A program made the translations under genes and the position numbers. The notes beneath the pieces are model-generated. The model searched no databases, was not told the DNA's origin, and was given only the letters and a program-made list of their open reading frames with translations. A stretch of DNA of 26,717 bases from positions 1-26,717 of IMG/VR virus record IMGVR_UViG_3300044676_005681. The stretch is one strand, 5' to 3'. This document shows positions 25,452 to 26,717 of the stretch, in pieces. How positions within the stretch are numbered: position 1 is the first letter of the stretch; the number at the start of each line of letters is the position of its first letter. This DNA comes from a virus (taxonomy: Duplodnaviria; Caudoviricetes).

Positions 25452-25459
25452 GATAAATA
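25452..25459 (+). promoter_or_regulatory. Late promoter motif GATAAATA, 5 nt upstream of the ATG at 25465
   Basis: Immediately downstream of the terminator, with no Shine-Dalgarno between the motif and the ATG. Confidence 0.7.
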
Positions 25460-25464
25460 TTAGT

Positions 25465-26664
25465 ATGAGCTTCTTAAACGGATTTTTAGACAATGTAGTA
25501 TCGGGTGCTTTAAACCCAAAAGGCAACCTTGCAGACTATGCACATGGTTCAAGACTATTTGTTGACGATAGTCATCGATTAAGTCCAAAGGTAAAATTCC
25601 TTTATCATGTTACGTTTAATATTAACCCAGCGGCATCAGCAATTATTCCGCAACTAAAAGAAAAGCATATGAATGAACTTAATATGCTTGTTAAATCTGC
25701 TCAATTACCAGCATACAATATTCAAACAGATGTAAAGCATCAATACAATAGAAAAAGAGTTGTACAAAAACGTATTGATTATCAACCAATAACTATTAGC
25801 CTACACGATGATAATATGGGTATTACAACTGCTATGTGGGAAGCATATTATAGATACTATTACAGAGATGGTAACTATGCAAAAACAACACCTGATGGCT
25901 CACCAGATGTAGGAACAACAGCATTTGATCCTTATAACAGAGGCAATCAATTCGGTAGAAGACAGTATAGATACGGTTTTGATAACGATAGCTTTGCTCC
26001 ATTTTTTACAAGTATAACAATAAGTCAAATGGCAAGAAAAAACTATACTTCATTCACTTTAGTTAACCCATTAGTTAGCAATTGGTCACATGATACGATG
26101 GATAACAGCGCCAGTGAAGGTGTTACAAATACTATGACACTAGAATATGAATCAGTTCATTATAGTAGAGGTGCTATAGGCAAAGGCGGACCTAAAGGGT
26201 TTGCCGAAGAACATTATGATAAAACACCAAGTCCAAACTCACTAGCAGGCGGCGGCGCATCTAGTTTACTAGGAATAGGTGGAGTACTAGCAGGAGGCTT
26301 TGGAGTATTAAATGATATTACTGGTGGTACAGCAAACTTTGGTACAGTATTAAAAGCGGCAAACGTATTACAAAATGCAGGCGGATTAACTCAGTCAGGA
26401 GTTGGACAAGAATTATTAGGTAGTGCAATTGGCACTATTGGAAAAAAAGCCGGAGTTGATGTAAGTGGTGTCGCAGGACTTGCTTTTCCAAATGGTGGAG
26501 GATCAGGTGGGTTAAGCACAATAGCATCAGCCGCGGCAATAGTAGGCGGTGGATCGTTACTTAAAAACGCATTAGCCTCAGGTGCTTCCACATCAAAAAT
26601 AAGTACAGCTAGTGCAAATAGTTTTAGTGGACCTACAGAAGCACCAATGGACGGGGTAATATAA
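25465..26664 (+). CDS. Tail-tube-fold baseplate protein (gp48/gp54/gp19-like) with a Gly/Ala-rich C-terminal tail
   Basis: Start revised to 25465 (MSFLNG), because the 25402 start lies inside the terminator. PKVKFLYHVTF, LVKSAQLP, QYNRKRVVQKRIDYQPITISLHDD and MTLEYE parallel tube-protein motifs. Confidence 0.65.
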   Translation: MSFLNGFLDNVVSGALNPKGNLADYAHGSRLFVDDSHRLSPKVKFLYHVTFNINPAASAIIPQLKEKHMNELNMLVKSAQLPAYNIQTDVKHQYNRKRVVQKRIDYQPITISLHDDNMGITTAMWEAYYRYYYRDGNYAKTTPDGSPDVGTTAFDPYNRGNQFGRRQYRYGFDNDSFAPFFTSITISQMARKNYTSFTLVNPLVSNWSHDTMDNSASEGVTNTMTLEYESVHYSRGAIGKGGPKGFAEEHYDKTPSPNSLAGGGASSLLGIGGVLAGGFGVLNDITGGTANFGTVLKAANVLQNAGGLTQSGVGQELLGSAIGTIGKKAGVDVSGVAGLAFPNGGGSGGLSTIASAAAIVGGGSLLKNALASGASTSKISTASANSFSGPTEAPMDGVI

Positions 26665-26665
26665 A

Positions 26666-26717
26666 ATGGACAAAGTACAATTAAATTTACCTAAAAAACA
26701 AGATCAATCAAGTGCTG
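26666..26717 (+). CDS. Start of the next ORF, truncated by the window end (MDKVQLNLPKKQDQSSA...)
   Basis: ATG 1 nt after the upstream TAA, GGGGT upstream, and the frame is open to the window end. Confidence 0.5.
   Translation, partial: MDKVQLNLPKKQDQSSA

Noticed and set aside
2538-26591. Many short ORFs in the track that are antisense or in alternative frames (e.g. 2975-3292, 5773-6120, 10611-10940, 14707-15048, 16965-17387, 21486-21890)
   Set aside because: They lie within or largely overlap long, well-supported genes, and I saw no recognisable motifs in them. They are consistent with shadows of codon bias.
1-26717. tRNA/ncRNA genes, introns/inteins, alternative genetic code
   Set aside because: Intergenic gaps are at most about 110 nt with no cloverleaf seen. 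Long ORFs are intact under the standard code, TAA, TAG and TGA are all used as stops, and no intein motifs were recognised.

Overview
AT-rich, gene-dense segment of a large T4-like myovirus genome. The gene content resembles marine/aquatic T4-like phages; the host cannot be determined from this window. The right half is a virion module: gp14-like and gp15-like genes (minus strand), gp13-like neck, dNMP kinase, an HNH-like zinc protein, an enlarged gp18 tail sheath, gp19 tail tube and a second tube-fold gene. The left half has a plus-strand block of four fibre/baseplate-type proteins, including a gp9/10-like protein ending in a cupredoxin-type CxxHxxM site and a 1979-aa repeat protein. Two enzyme cassettes flank this block. 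Together they encode three flavin-dependent (tryptophan-halogenase-like) enzymes, an SGNH-like protein, a Nudix hydrolase, a cupin, and the ADP-heptose enzymes GmhB, HldE and HldD. Most of these enzymes are linked by start/stop overlaps, and the minus-strand cassette directly follows the neck/terminator genes. T4-type late promoter motifs ((G/T/C)ATAAATA), several apparently leaderless genes and two near-perfect sigma70 promoters are visible. A manual scan found no GCWGC site, although GCSGC is abundant. All calls come from motif recognition by eye, not from database searches.
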